From assembly GCA_002269645.1 (NCBI GenBank), contig NIVC01002955.1, forward strand, positions 62,001-126,000: a stretch of DNA of 64,000 nt. The letters are read 5' to 3'. Source of the stretch: Macrostomum lignano. Its lineage: Eukaryota. Below the pieces are notes generated by a model. It was not told the origin of the DNA. It saw only the letters and a list, made by a program, of their open reading frames with translations, and did no database searches. Each line of letters starts with the position of its first letter. Positions within the stretch are counted from its first letter, which is position 1. Positions 1 to 12,900 of this stretch are shown here, in pieces. Both the position numbers and the translations under genes were made by a program.

Positions 1-210
1 CAGTTTTAAATATCAATATTAGCAAGAGTCAAATAAAAAAAGATAAAAAATAATAGCCAAACTGTATTTTCCATATATGCACATGGATATAGGGAACCTG
101 AAACAAATGTTCAACCTTATTAAAATATAGAATTAACCTTACCCTTTTATTTAAATAAATAAAAATCAAATCAATAAAAACTATAAAAGCAATGATTTCA
201 ATATAGCATG

Positions 211-265
211 GGATCATTAGGATCCTTAGGATCATTAGGATCCTAATGATCATTGGGATCATTAG
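211..265. repeat. short 9-bp tandem repeat (GGATCATTA-like)
   Basis: ggatcatta/ggatcctta units repeated about 6 times. Confidence 0.75.
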
Positions 266-2444
266 CAAACAGAAGTTTAAAAGTATTTTACTAAGCTTAA
301 AACTTTTTAACAGCCCTTTATTTTAATGCTAAAATAACAATATAAACATATCAATCTTGAAAGCTTTATATAGGAAATGATAACTACAAGTAGCTATAGT
401 TTATCTTTTTAGAAAAGAAAAACACGGAGCTAATAAGCTCACTAATGAGACTTTAAACATGTCATTTTTAACAGAAACTATATGTATAGCATTTGGCAAT
501 TTGCTTGTCTTTAATGCTTCAGTCAAGTCATTCTATCTGATATATATTTTTCTTTACAAAAAGCCTAAATATAATTCACATAATGGCCTGATTTTTCCTT
601 GATTTAAATATCTCCATTTGGCATATTTAAAATGATAGGGCATAACTAAAGATGCGCACATTAAATTCAAATTGGTGCTGAATGGTATGGCATAATTCTA
701 ATTTATCATTTAATAAGGCCTTATTTACTAATCGACTTTGAATTGGCTTCATTTAAACTTCAAATAGGCTTTATTAATAATAACAATTGATATTTAGTCA
801 GCTCTATGATTGTGTTTCTTGTCAAATGTTTTTCAACATAAAGAAACAACAAGTTCATTACATATTTACCTTTTTCTGAATCACTAAGTGGCAGTAGATT
901 AAATTCATCTGATTCCATCATTCATAAATTATTTAATACCACCTCTCCTAAGTAAAAAGTCTTTAAAAATTAAAAAATAGCTGTATATTAACTCTATCTA
1001 TTTTTAAAATCTACCTAAAAACCATACTTTGAGACAATGATAGGCGGGTCGTGTCTATTACAGTTCTATTTGCTTAATTACAAAAAAGAGTAGCTAATTA
1101 AATAAAATTCATGTATATTACACGGCTCACTCGAAAACTGCTCACAGATCAGATTGCCGAGTCACTAATTCTTAAATTTAGGTAGGATTAGGTCTAATCT
1201 ATGAATACCGAAAGCTTGAAATAAAATTATGATTAAGAACTAAGTCAACGTAACCTCAGCTGCTTTTTCTAAGAAAAAAGGATTTTGGGATTTTTTAAAT
1301 ATAATTTTCGCGCTGAAAACTCGTCATAAAACCCGGAATACAATTCTCAGGCTGGCCACAAAGTATGCTATTACATGTAGTTTGGAATCGGTCAATTTTG
1401 GTATTTTGGTCAGTTTCATATCATAATATCAGTGGTAGAAAACAATATTTTTTCTAAAAACCGTGTCTTTTGATCTACAAACTAACAACACCCCATCTAG
1501 AATTGTAATCATATGTGCTATACACATATAGACTGCCGCCTCACCCCTTTTTGATCTTTATATAGCTACCTCTCATTCATTATTTCATTCTTTTTGTACT
1601 TAGTAGTTAAATACACCTCATGTACACCGGTTAGATAATATATATGCATTTAAATGTACATGCCATCTTTAGGGACCAATGTTGCATGTTGCTACGATGC
1701 CACATTTCTATGTAACTTTTACGTAGTAACGGTATAACTTCTACTGATCCCAATATATTTTTGAAAGACTGTGCTGCGAGGGTTGGGGAAGCGTGTTGAC
1801 CAATTTCAAGATACAATTTGTAGCGGTCAGCAGCGCGGCTCCGAAAAAATGCAACATATATAAAACAGCATATTATTTTAATTCTACATGTATCTTATTT
1901 TAAGAACTCCGACGATGAAAATGCCACAGCAACAAACGATACAAGTGAGCACGAACTCAGGCGCTGCAGAAATGCTATGGAAATTTTGGGATTGATTGAC
2001 TAACGAACTGCATGTGTCACTAATGACTACTATCGAACGTTGGCTATAATGGACGTTCAAAAAATTCATTTATGCGAATAATGGTTGTGGATTTATTTTT
2101 ACTATATTGCTTTTAATATTATTCGCCTAACACAAGCGTCGCTCAAAAATTATTCCTCACGTACATGTAAATTTATTCATCTATTTTAATATTAATTTAG
2201 TTTTCGCTGTTGTGTACATGTAATTAAGTTGGTACGTGTGCATGCTAGTGGCGTATTAACTTTTTAAAAAGCTACCTGGGGATGCGCCCTCCCCCCTGCG
2301 CCCTCCAGCTAAAAAAATTGCGCTCCCCTAAAAAACTAAATGAAGGAGGTACATTCGTAATTAAATCAAGCTCGACGAATGGCAGGAGCTCAATTTTTAC
2401 CAACCTCTTTGGACGTGGCATCTACGATCTACTGGGCCAAATTG

Positions 2445-2730
2445 GGCACCCACTAAGAGACAGGGGCACCCACCAAGAGACAGGGGCGCTCACCAAGAGA
2501 CAGGGGCACCCACCAAGAGACAGGGGCACCACCAAGAGACAGGGGCACCCACCAAGAGACAGGGGCGCTAAGCAAGAGACAAGGCACCAAGAGACAGGGG
2601 CACCCACCAAGAGACAGGGATCTACCAAGAGAGGGGCGCCCACCAGGGATAGGGGCACCCACCAAGGGACAGGGGCGCTAAGCAAGAGACAAGGGGCACC
2701 AACCAAAGAGACAGGGGCGCCCACCAAGCA
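2445..2730. repeat. 20-bp minisatellite (CCACCAAGAGACAGGGGCAC-like)
   Basis: Tandem units visible; the same family occurs in reverse orientation at 39245-39535. Overlapping ORFs here are translations of the repeat. Confidence 0.9.
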
Positions 2731-3431
2731 CTGCCTTCAATGTATAACGTTACACATTAACAGGTAAACAGTCAAAGGACACTAACTCTTTATAGGCCCT
2801 TTAAAAGCATCGATACTGTGGAACCGGGCACCGGCCTGCATATACATACCGAAAAAACGGTGCCTTACGGAGCCGAAATAAAGTCCTGTGACCTTCCGGC
2901 CATTCTACATAAATAGCGACCTAAACTGATGGCCCTGCAAACCATGATTTACAACAGCGAACAGTGAGAATCTCTGCAAGTGGTTTTCTAATGTTGCGAT
3001 TTTACAGTTGGAGGTAAATGCATTCAACTCCCTCCAGTTAACCATGCGTACTCATCATCAATAGAGCAGAGCTATTTCTTGCTGACGACAAAGCTTTAAC
3101 CAATGAAATAGTAATAGGCAATTTATTTGATTCCAGTGCCGCATTCATCCCATGTAAATTGGACACAAACGGGATATAACTGAGATTTGGTTTATCAGAT
3201 ACGGCAGTTGGTATACTCAATCATTTGAGAGTCGCAATATGACATAGTTAGAAAATTTAAGAAAATAATCTTCAAACCCAGCACCAAATATAATAGTAGT
3301 CCACTACCAAAGTTTTGTTATGGTTGATAATCACTTGAACAACACCACAACTTACCGACAAAAGCAAATATAAATATATTGTTTAGGTTTTTTTCACACT
3401 AGATTTTCACCTACTTTTACGACTTTTACGC

Positions 3432-3620
3432 CAGGGGTCGGCAAACTCCGACAAAGCCTCTCTATCCGGCCAAAGGGTCCTTTGAAACTTCACAATAGCA
3501 ATCAATAGCAATAAGGCTCAAGGTTTGTGTCTCATTTCAGCTCTCTTCTCTCTAATCTCCTCTCTTAACTTTTCTTCTCTTTCTCTCATCTCTTTCCTCT
3601 TCTCTCCTCTCATATCTTTA
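3432..3620 (+). mobile_element. dispersed repeat with a hAT-like terminus (CAGGGGTCGGCAAAC) followed by a polypyrimidine tract
   Basis: About 100 bp aligns by eye with the reverse complement of 19570-19669, and more weakly with 10731-10850. No second TIR found. Confidence 0.5.
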
Positions 3621-3809
3621 CTCCGATCTCTCACCTATTTTGTCTCATTTGTCTCACCTACCATTGCTACATGCTACGTGCTTTTTGTCCATGCCATAAG
3701 TTGTTTCCTAACAATAGTAGGACAATAAAAACGAATGTATCATACTATAATACCGGCAACCTAAAAAACGAGTAATTCTCAAAATCGCTCAATCTGTCAT
3801 CCGAGCGCT

Positions 3810-6800
3810 CTAGGGAATGTGCACGTGTCTGTAATAATCGGCCAAACGGCACAAAACAATGCCAGTTAGAGACAGCGGTACACCAATACAGAAGCAGACG
3901 GCTTTCATAGTCAGTCCGTCAAACCTGTCGCTCAAAAAGTGACCCATTAGAAAGGCTAATACGCTGGACACAGCGGAGAACAGGGCCAGAATTGTGATAT
4001 GGCCCAGACGACGCCGGAGCTCGCGCCTGGTCATGCCAAACCGACGAGCTCGATGGAAGACGGCGGACGAGTCGAGAACCGCCAGGATTAGCAATGACAG
4101 GAGAACCATGCCGCCAGTTAAGAAGTAACGAAAATGGCCCAGCAAGTTGAACAGGTTGGACAATGGCAGCAGAGCTAAGTAGAGACTCCGACCGGCTCTC
4201 ACGGCGAAACTGGCTGCGTGATTGCCGAAGGCTGTCGCCTGGGCCGAATAAGAGCGCCCGTTGGAAATCAGGCCGCACATGTGTTCGCAGTTGTAGCTCA
4301 GAACGTCGTAGTAAGCGCGGCCGCGACTACTAACATTCGACATGCGCTTGTCCATCAGGTCCGCATCGATCGGACGGTTGCGTACGTTCACGTATACAGT
4401 AGGTGTACTAGGATTGCGCTCCATTATCATGTAGCCGTGCGTTTCCAAGGGCCCTAAGTAACCGTCCATGCAGGACGGAACATCGAAGCGGATGCAGGAG
4501 GCCTCGGGACCCTCGTTCCAATCTAGTAACAGAATGTGCTCCTTGTGCTTGCCGTTGCGCCGAATGATCAGATGATCGAGCGGTTTGAGATCTGTAATAG
4601 ACACGAAAAACTCAGTCTCAATGCGCACCTCATTGGAATTGAAGCCGGAACCCATTAGCAGATGCATGAGATCTTCAACATCCGGTCCACTGGAAAGCTT
4701 AAGCCACTCGCAAAGCAGCCGGTCATTAATAACCTTGTCGGTGGCTTCGCTAATAAAAGATACGCCTAGCAACTGGTTGGCCTTGTCGCGCACCTTTTCC
4801 AAGGAGTTTGTTTCTCCGTGGTAGCACACTCGGCCAACCAGTACCGAGTCTTCCAAATTTAATCGCTCTATAAGCACGACGCTGTTTGGTTCGGCTGATT
4901 CGTAACATCGGTAGCTGAGAAGATCGCAGCGCTTTCCCTCAAAAATGAGTTTGCATTCTCGCATCATCACATGATGGAAATAAAAGCCGACGAGGCGTCG
5001 ATACATTACTTGCATCTGGCCATGCGCGACGGCAGTTTCAAGGTCGCGTCCGTAATAGATAGGAACCTTAGAAAATTCGCGATTGGTTGGATGACTAGTG
5101 GAGCACCATCGCACTAGGTCGCGCGAATTGTTCCACTGAATATTGTACTCAGCCTCACCTAGACGACTCAAAGCGCGTCTAACTGCTGCTTCACCTGTCA
5201 CCCGTCTGTCATCCGCAACGTGATACTCGATTAGGAAAAGTCGATCTTTCTTGATATTAATCCGTTTTTGACAGCTGGACACAATCCGCTGGATGAACAT
5301 TAAACTGGTCGTCAGCTTGACGGCGTAGTACACAAGTGTCAGGATGATCTCATCTGCACAAAAATTACGGGTAATTTATAATTTAGCAGTTGAATTGGAA
5401 TCGAAACAGATGTATCTATCCCACATGACAGCGCAAATGAAATGATATAATATTTCTTTGTGTGTGGAATGGAAATATAATATAAATCCATACCTGGACA
5501 TTCGGTTGTCTTTAAATCAACCACGATTGCGTGCTGAAACATGCACAGGCGCTCCAGGGAAACTGGAAGACCCAGGCTGAGTTCCGAGGTGCTTTCAATG
5601 CGTCTAACCGAATACTCCGGGGTACTGACCAGCGATCCGCCCAGGACTTCGCAATCCTCCGAGTCCCAGTTGTGCACGCAAAATCGAATTCGAGGATCCC
5701 TATTCGACACAAGCAAGCGCCGATCGGCTGTGTGCAGGCCGGGTTTCGCGTCCTGAGGCAAAGCGGTCGATGGCGAAATCGAGCTATTCGAAGGATTACA
5801 GACGTTGCTGTCATAGACACGGGTTCGAGTACAAGACCAGACCCGCCGTCTGGTAGGCCTATCAGCAAGTCTCCAGGTTGAATGTACCTTGCCGATGTCT
5901 TGCCGAAAGTTGGCTTTCTAGCGCCCAGCTTTAAAACATCCGATCCGGCATCCAAAAGTTGCTGAGGACAATTTTCAACCAGCAACGTTTTTAGCAGGAG
6001 CCAGTCGGGTAGATAGCGATTAGTGGCAACCCCACAGCCGGAAAATCGATCCAGGGCACTTTTTGCCTCGCTCGCGTTGTAAACACCTGCTTCACAGTTT
6101 TGACGGCCAGTGTAGCATCTAATCACTGCGTTCTCGTCGAGTGTCAGAACATCCTCGTGCAGCTCTGGGGGTCGAAGCGCATCGTATCGAGAAGCCACGG
6201 AGCGGTAGTCAATTAGAAGCAGCTTTGAAGATCCTTTGGTTGCTAGCTCAGCAACGCCTGTAACAATGGCGTGCAAGTCATTCGAGCGGCCACAGGCAAC
6301 TGGTAGGTTGACATGACATTCAGGTGCTATGGCGTGCTCCAGACCATTACCGCATGGCGCTCGCAACGGTACAAAGCAGTCGCGAAGTTGAAATCGGCAA
6401 GGAATTTTGCACCACATTGTGAAGTCAAATGGATCGCTCACTGGATTCCATTCGGACTCGTTCAAGCGACTGCGGGCTCGCGATACTGTCTGGATATTGA
6501 AACAAGAAATGAGTAAATAAAGGATAAGAACTTCTAAAATAAATAGTTTCACACCACAACAGTATAAAATGCGGTATTGAAAGACGGATGGTTGCTATAG
6601 CGAACCAAAGCGAAATAAACTTACATGCATAAATTTAATATGGCAGCATTGAGGAGTTTTGTGGAAAAAGTATTTAATCATTTTTCTGCTACTTGTACTA
6701 CTTATTAAAGCATCAGTATTGCAATCCCCTTTTCTGCTTCTGAAAGACACGCTTTCTAGACATAATCTTACAACATTCCGGCGTCCGCTGACGTTGCCCG

Positions 6801-7477
6801 ATGTCGATGGACGTCGCTAGCGAACAAGTAAGTTTTTACATTACGCTGACAGATGACGGCGTTATAACGGCGTCAGTGTAATCTAAAAGTACCCATTAGC
6901 CAGTGACGTCGATAGACCTCGGAAACGTTGGCCAACCTTTCCCATGCCAGATTTTTGTTAGATTCAAAGCCAGTTGTCGTTCGGAGCAAAAAGACATCGA
7001 TCGCGATCGCGATAAAGTTTCAATCGAATCATGGAAAAACTCATCCGACAAATAAATTTAATGCTACATTACCGTCTCATCAGAATAGCACAGCTCCGGA
7101 GGCATTTCGAACACAAAATTAGCGCTGCTAGCTGCTGACAGAGTCACTTCGTCTCGCATCACCTGCCGAGTGCAGGCGACGCAGTTCGGCCTCCCTAGGT
7201 GAATGATGTCGACGGTGATGCTAATAGGAGGGCTTTTTGCGTCCTTCTCGGGAGAGCTGGCTCGATCGACAAGAACAGATTCTACCACGGCAGCGTGATC
7301 GAATCCATAGTAGACGGTTCTGACCACCGCACCGGGCTTGACTGCGCTGATTCCCGCATCGCCCAGAGGTCGCCATAGTCCGCCGAAGTCGTAGTCTAAA
7401 CAGTAGCCTTGACTATTGGGCTTCAATAAACTTTGCTTTTCGCCTCCGCTCGCGGATGTTAACTTCGAACTAGACAT
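3810..7477 (-). CDS. multi-domain LRAT/HRASLS-like (permuted NlpC/P60) membrane protein, about 980 aa; exons 7477-7073, 6489-5494 (one frameshift), 5353-3810
   Basis: GT-AG junctions with compatible phases (ACG|GTAATG, CCAG|ACAGTA, CCAG|GTATGG, GCAG|ATGAG). LRAT motifs recur: KPGAVV..FDHAAVV..DIIHL, MFQHAIVV..AVRRALSRLGEAEYNIQWNNSRDLVRWC, LKPLDHL..KEHILL..YDVLSYNCEHMC. Hydrophobic helices at the C-terminus. Exon 2 is 996 nt but must be 3n+1, so one base is missing. Confidence 0.75.
6790..6930. mobile_element. degenerate palindromic MITE-like element in intron 1 of the LRAT-like gene
   Basis: gacgttgcccgatgtcgatggacgtcgct pairs with agtgacgtcgatagacctcggaaacgtt; inner attacgctgac pairs with gtcagtgtaat. 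Confidence 0.5.
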
Positions 7478-8519
7478 TATTTCCTTGTCTAGTGAGACCC
7501 CCGCTTGAGTCAGTCAAGACTATAGTCATGCATATAGGAATCGCATGAAACTATCAAAAGGCTATGGGCGAAGCAGGTGCATTCGTCACGATTTCCCTTG
7601 GTTCTTATAGATGCAGTCGACAGCGAAACTTTGTCTTCTGATATCGGGCTAAAAATCAATGAATAGATTTTCCCGTCTACTTTTTTAGTAAATTAGATCT
7701 CCATAGAAAGCATGCAGTTTTTTTCGTTGCTGTCCTAAAAATGTGTCGTAACTTAATCGAGTACTCAACAACTAATGTTAGATATAGCACGTAAATTATG
7801 CCCACAAAGAATGCATTTAAAAAATGTGAGCCTTAGGTATTGCGAACGAAAAACTTTTGCAAGCTAAAGCGAAAAGATCAGCAACGGCTGCAAAGGGATA
7901 GAGAGGATTCCATTTGTAATGCATTCCACCTGTTGCTGCAATTCGAAGAATTGAAAAAAAACTTTTACAAACATGTGATGAGGACGCACTTTTTTCCAAA
8001 TCCCGCGCTAGCACATGGGCTCTAAACTTACTTGCCTACTAACAGTGGGCAATGGGCATTTTTATCCTTTTTCTGCGAATTTTCATAGAATCTATACTAG
8101 ATATAATGTCTGGTCATACTAGTAGTCATAATAACATAGGCGCAGCTTTTTGGGTCATAAATCATCGCTTTCGAAGCTGGTCTGACAGCCACCTGCGCCT
8201 CACTCAGTGTTGAGGCGGGCGCCAGATGGTCTGAGAGGATTCAGGCGGTAGCTTTTTTCTCATCATTTTGACAGGCCATCAAGATTTATGAGGTCAGAGC
8301 CTATTGTTCGTGTTTACTCAAGCGTGTGACAGCTTTGACAGCTATGCGTTTTACCCCTAAAAGTACTTTGAGATTAGCGATTAGTGATTTCTCTTCATTA
8401 TCTTCACTTTCTCTTTAATAAGAGCTTTCTAATGTATATTTTTTCATTAATTTCTGTCAATTCTACGCGAAAAGTCATAAATCATTTTGTTGCGATTTTG
8501 ATTGATTTATGGCCGCACC

Positions 8520-9267
8520 TGTCATGTTTTTACGACCCCGAGGGAACTGATAAGATCTCTCGGTCACGTGATTCTGGGTAGCAACCAGCTTAGCCAATCA
8601 GAAAATTCGATGCTCATTTTAACAAATCAGCTCAGCCAATCAGAACCGACGTGTTCCATTATAACAAACTGCGGTCCAGTTGGCGGCTATTTAAACCGGT
8701 GTTTTTGGCCCGCTTGGACCAACTCCTCCTGCATGGGACCTTAGCCTAGCTTGAGACGTCCCGGAGCGCGACCGTCGTTCCTTGATCCCCGGATTGCGAC
8801 TTCCCCCATCATCATCAAGGACGAGTCCCCCCGGTCGTCAGCAGCGAACATCAAAGTTAAGAGCATCACCTGCTAGCTATCTATGAAGACCGTGACATCA
8901 GCACCATCCCGGGTCTACAGCTGCGAAGCACTAAGCCGATTCGGTCACTGTGGATTACCTGGTCTCCGGCTGTTGAGTTTCTGATTGGTTGGGTGAGAGG
9001 CCGCCTAGACTTGCTTGATTGGGTGATTCCTTATCTGTCCCCGGTTTCAGTAGCTGGATTAGGCGCACACTTTTGCTCTTTTTGTCCAGTAGTGCTGTTG
9101 CTGAGGCAGAAGTCATTCAATAATACTGCTAGTAGTCTAAAACTCCAATTCAATCTGAAGGTAAGTGATCTGAGGAGAAGGTTAAATCTGACAGTTATTT
9201 TTATCGGTTTTATTTATTTGTTCGCCGATGGCTCAGATGAGTAGCTAAGCTAGTAGGCGCGGTCACA
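8520..9267 (+). promoter_or_regulatory. CCAAT/TATA-containing GC-richer block (promoter region or possible solo LTR)
   Basis: Two AGCCAATCAG motifs (about 8591 and 8634) and CTATTTAAA (about 8685). Block begins TGTCATG and could end GTCACA. No convincing TSD. Confidence 0.3.
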
Positions 9268-9999
9268 GTGGACCAATGGCAAGGCAGTTCTCAGTCGATC
9301 AATCTATCAAATCAGTGAGCAAATCAGCCAGTAGTGCAGAATCGGCGCCAGAGATGTACTCTGAGCACTCTAGGTTCACCAAGCGGCTCGGGTAATGAAT
9401 CATGCGGTCTCTGATGTTCGAGTTAGGCCTAGCCTATCATCAGCACTAGGAGAGGCTGGTTGGCGCGTTGAAGGCCAAAAGTACAATTCGGGATCTCATG
9501 GCGGGGAGCAGAATTTGGCTCAAATTTGGCTTTGCATGGGAGCTACATTAGAACAATCGCATTTCTGAGTCCCTGAATTTGCCCTACACAATGGGTGCAT
9601 GATTTAGTACATTTAAAAGCTATTTGCATACTTGGATTGATGTATCACACCATCGAGACTGCACAAAGAGAATTTGATGCGCCTGCTTGTTTTAGACAGA
9701 TATAAACAAGAATAAGAACTCTTCATTTAGGTTAGCGTATCTGTCGTACACAAATCAGCTTTTAAGTATCCCGAGTTCTAAACTGTATTTGTAAGTTGTA
9801 ATACTTCTATTAATTTTTATTTTATTATGCGTCAGTTTTTAATTTAAGCTTTTGTAAAAATATTAATTTGTGACTGACCCCTGCATCTTGACATTTTCAT
9901 ATAATAAAATTCGCACAAGATATTTTGCACATGGATGACATTCTCTAACTCTAACTTCTTCTAACTCTATTGCTATTCTTTTTTCTGAAAATTTTCTGT

Positions 10000-12900
10000 A
10001 TGACAACAGTCAGTATTCTTCCGGAAGAGGTCAGTGAGTCGTTTTGCTGATACTTTTTTGATACTTTCCAAGTTTCTAAATTGCTTTTGCATGCCATAAA
10101 GCAATCGTATTTTTTACTTAGTACTTTATGATGAAATTTATTAATTAAGAATAAATATTCATAATTTTTAAAGGAAGGAAAATGTTTTTATATATAATCT
10201 TTATCTCAAACAATTAATCCCAGACACAGAATTTTATTCATTTTTTACATAACAGGTTTAAGTTATTTAATTTATTTAAAACACTTCAGGTTGTGGACCA
10301 TATTCTTGGATTTCTTGGCTTACCCGATCGCAAATCTGCTTCCCTGGTATGTAGAAACTGGCTTTGGGCAGCCAGACATCCAGCTTTAATGCGAGATGTT
10401 GTAGTTGATGCTGGTATGTTTATTAGTTATTTTTGTCATTTTATTTGCAGATACCTAGCCAAAACTCTACAGTACTAAAAAAGATTTAACTAGCTATTTT
10501 AGTATAAAGACATACTCCTAATGTAATATTTAATGTAATAATGTAATAATATTTCAGTCATAAAAAGGTTTTCTTTTGGGGGTTCAACCAATCTCTTTGA
10601 CCTCCTTGTACCTACCACGCAGTGTTAAAACTTTAAACAATAGCTTGTAAAGCCAAAAAGAAATTAAGAAATCACTGCTTAGAAATGGAATAAAACTGAA
10701 GTTTCATTCATATTGATATCTTTATTAGATCAGAAAGTTGGCAAACTCTAGGCTCTTACAAAGTTTCTCTGCCTAACCCTTGTGTCCTCTGAAACTTCAC
10801 TGTGGCAATCTGATAAAATCAAGGTCTCTTTTCAGCTCCCTTTCCTCCTCTGTCCCTTCATTTTCTTCTCTCTGCTCTCTCTTATCTTCTCTTTCTTCTC
10901 TCATCTGGCCCTTGAGGTAAAAAATAGGATTGAAATTTTATTTTCCTGAAAAAAGAAAGTTTATTTTTAACTCAAAGTTTCTAAACTGTTAATTTCCCTT
11001 TACAGGTTCCTGCCTGTCAGGTGCTGCCGCTGCCTCATCATCTGGTTCCATACTGCCTCCAGAGTGGAAGCCTCTGGTCCGCAGTCTTGCACTTGGCAGC
11101 CACACCTCTTCATCAAAGTCGTCATTCGCTCTTAGCTGGCGTCAACTTGCCGACACCCTAGACGGATGTCATCGGCTTGTCAGCGTTGATCTGTCGGGCT
11201 GCGACGGGCTCTGCTTGGCTCGGGATCTGCTCTCCGACGAGTCGCAGAGGAGGCACCTCCGCGACCAACTAGTTGGCGTCCGGCATCTCAGCTTGGCTGG
11301 CCTGACCCGTCTGACTGCCACCGGACTGAAACGCTTTGTCGATCTGTTTACAAATTTAAAATCATTAAATCTCCGCTCCTGTTCGTTGGTTTGCTCCAGT
11401 TCTGTCGCGATTGGCTCCATGGCTGATGCATCGGTGCTGACCTTTGCCGCTGTTCTCGACGTGGTGCGTCGGTGCGGCATTGAGGAGCTGGACTTGAGCT
11501 GCACGGATGTCACCGACTCAGCTTTGGAGCAGCTGGCTAAGGTGAGACTTCGACTGCTTCATTTGAGTTCGGCGCTTGTAGTTTTTAGTAAACTTTGGAT
11601 AGATATTTCTCTGGTCAATTTCAACTTTATCGAGAGTATAGATGTTTTATTTTAGGCTATAGATTATCACCGAGAGTCTATAGATGTTCAGCTTCAGGCT
11701 ATAGATTATCACCGAGAGTCTATATAGATGTTCAGCTTCAGGCTATAGATTATCACCGAGAGTCTATAGATGTTGGATTGCAGCCTAATATAAATTATCA
11801 CCGAGAGTTTATAGATGTTCAGATTCAGGCTATAGATTATCACCGATAGTCTATAGATGTTTAGCTTCAGGCTATAGATTATCACCGAGAGTCTATAGAT
11901 GTTTAGTTTCAGGCTATAGATTTTTTCGGAGAGTCTATAGATGTTTAGTTTTAGAACAGTATAAACTGTCACCGAGAGTCTATGGGTGCTCAGCTACAGC
12001 TAGTATAGATTATCACCGAGAGTCTATAGATGCTCAGCTTCAGCCCCATATCATTTATGCCCCATCAATCCAGGTTGATAGCCTCCATCTTCGCGGCATC
12101 GCACTGGACTCCTGCCGCCTGCTGGAAGGTCGCGGTCTCGCCCGCCTCATCGCCAGCCAGCGAGGCAGCCTTCGACGCCTCAGTCTGGCCAAGAATCGTC
12201 ACCTTCAAACGGTCGGTTCGCAGCCGGCCACGGCTGACCAACTGACGGAGCTGCTGGCTCCCGGCTGCTCGAATTTCATCAACGATCGGCTTCTAATTGC
12301 CTCTTCGTCCAGCCTCACGGTTCTCGACATCTCCGACTGCGGCCGAGTCTCGGAGGGCGCGTTGACAACCGCGCTGACTGCGGCTCGGCAGCTTCGCTCG
12401 CTGGCAGTGGCTCGCTGCTCCGCGTTCACTGATGCCGCTGTGACAGAATCGCTGACTAGCAGTGATGAAGCATCTCTACGGATGCTAGAACATCTCGACG
12501 CTTCGTCATGCGCGGGATTCACCGACGTCGGGCTGAGGCTGCTCTGCGGACACCTGGGCAAGTCGTTGAGAAGTCTTCGACTTGCCTGGCTTCGCGGCGT
12601 CACAGACTGGGGGCTGCTTGGCCTGCCGCAGCCGAAGTCCAAGGATGGGGAGCAGTGTTCGACCTCGTCAACTTCTTGGCTGCTGTCCAAGAGCGGTCGC
12701 CGAGGTGAACAGTTTCCGCATTACAAACGGGCTGTGGATGTCGGTGAGTCTTGTCAGTGCATCTGTTAGAAATCTGTTAGATTTCCTCAAATCTGTTAGA
12801 TTTCCTCAAATCTGTTAGATTTCCTCAAATCTGTTAGATTTCCTCAAATCTGTTAGATTTCCCAAAGTCTGTTAGATTTCCCCAAATCTGTTAGATTTCC

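Noticed and set aside
8170-8340. Possible structured ncRNA (CGCCTCA..TGAGGCG hairpin)
   Set aside because: One short stem; no recognisable snRNA, snoRNA or ribozyme motif set
9648-9651. CACC TSD defining a 1128-bp solo LTR
   Set aside because: A 4-bp match with only TG..CA ends is too weak; kept only as a low-interest hypothesis
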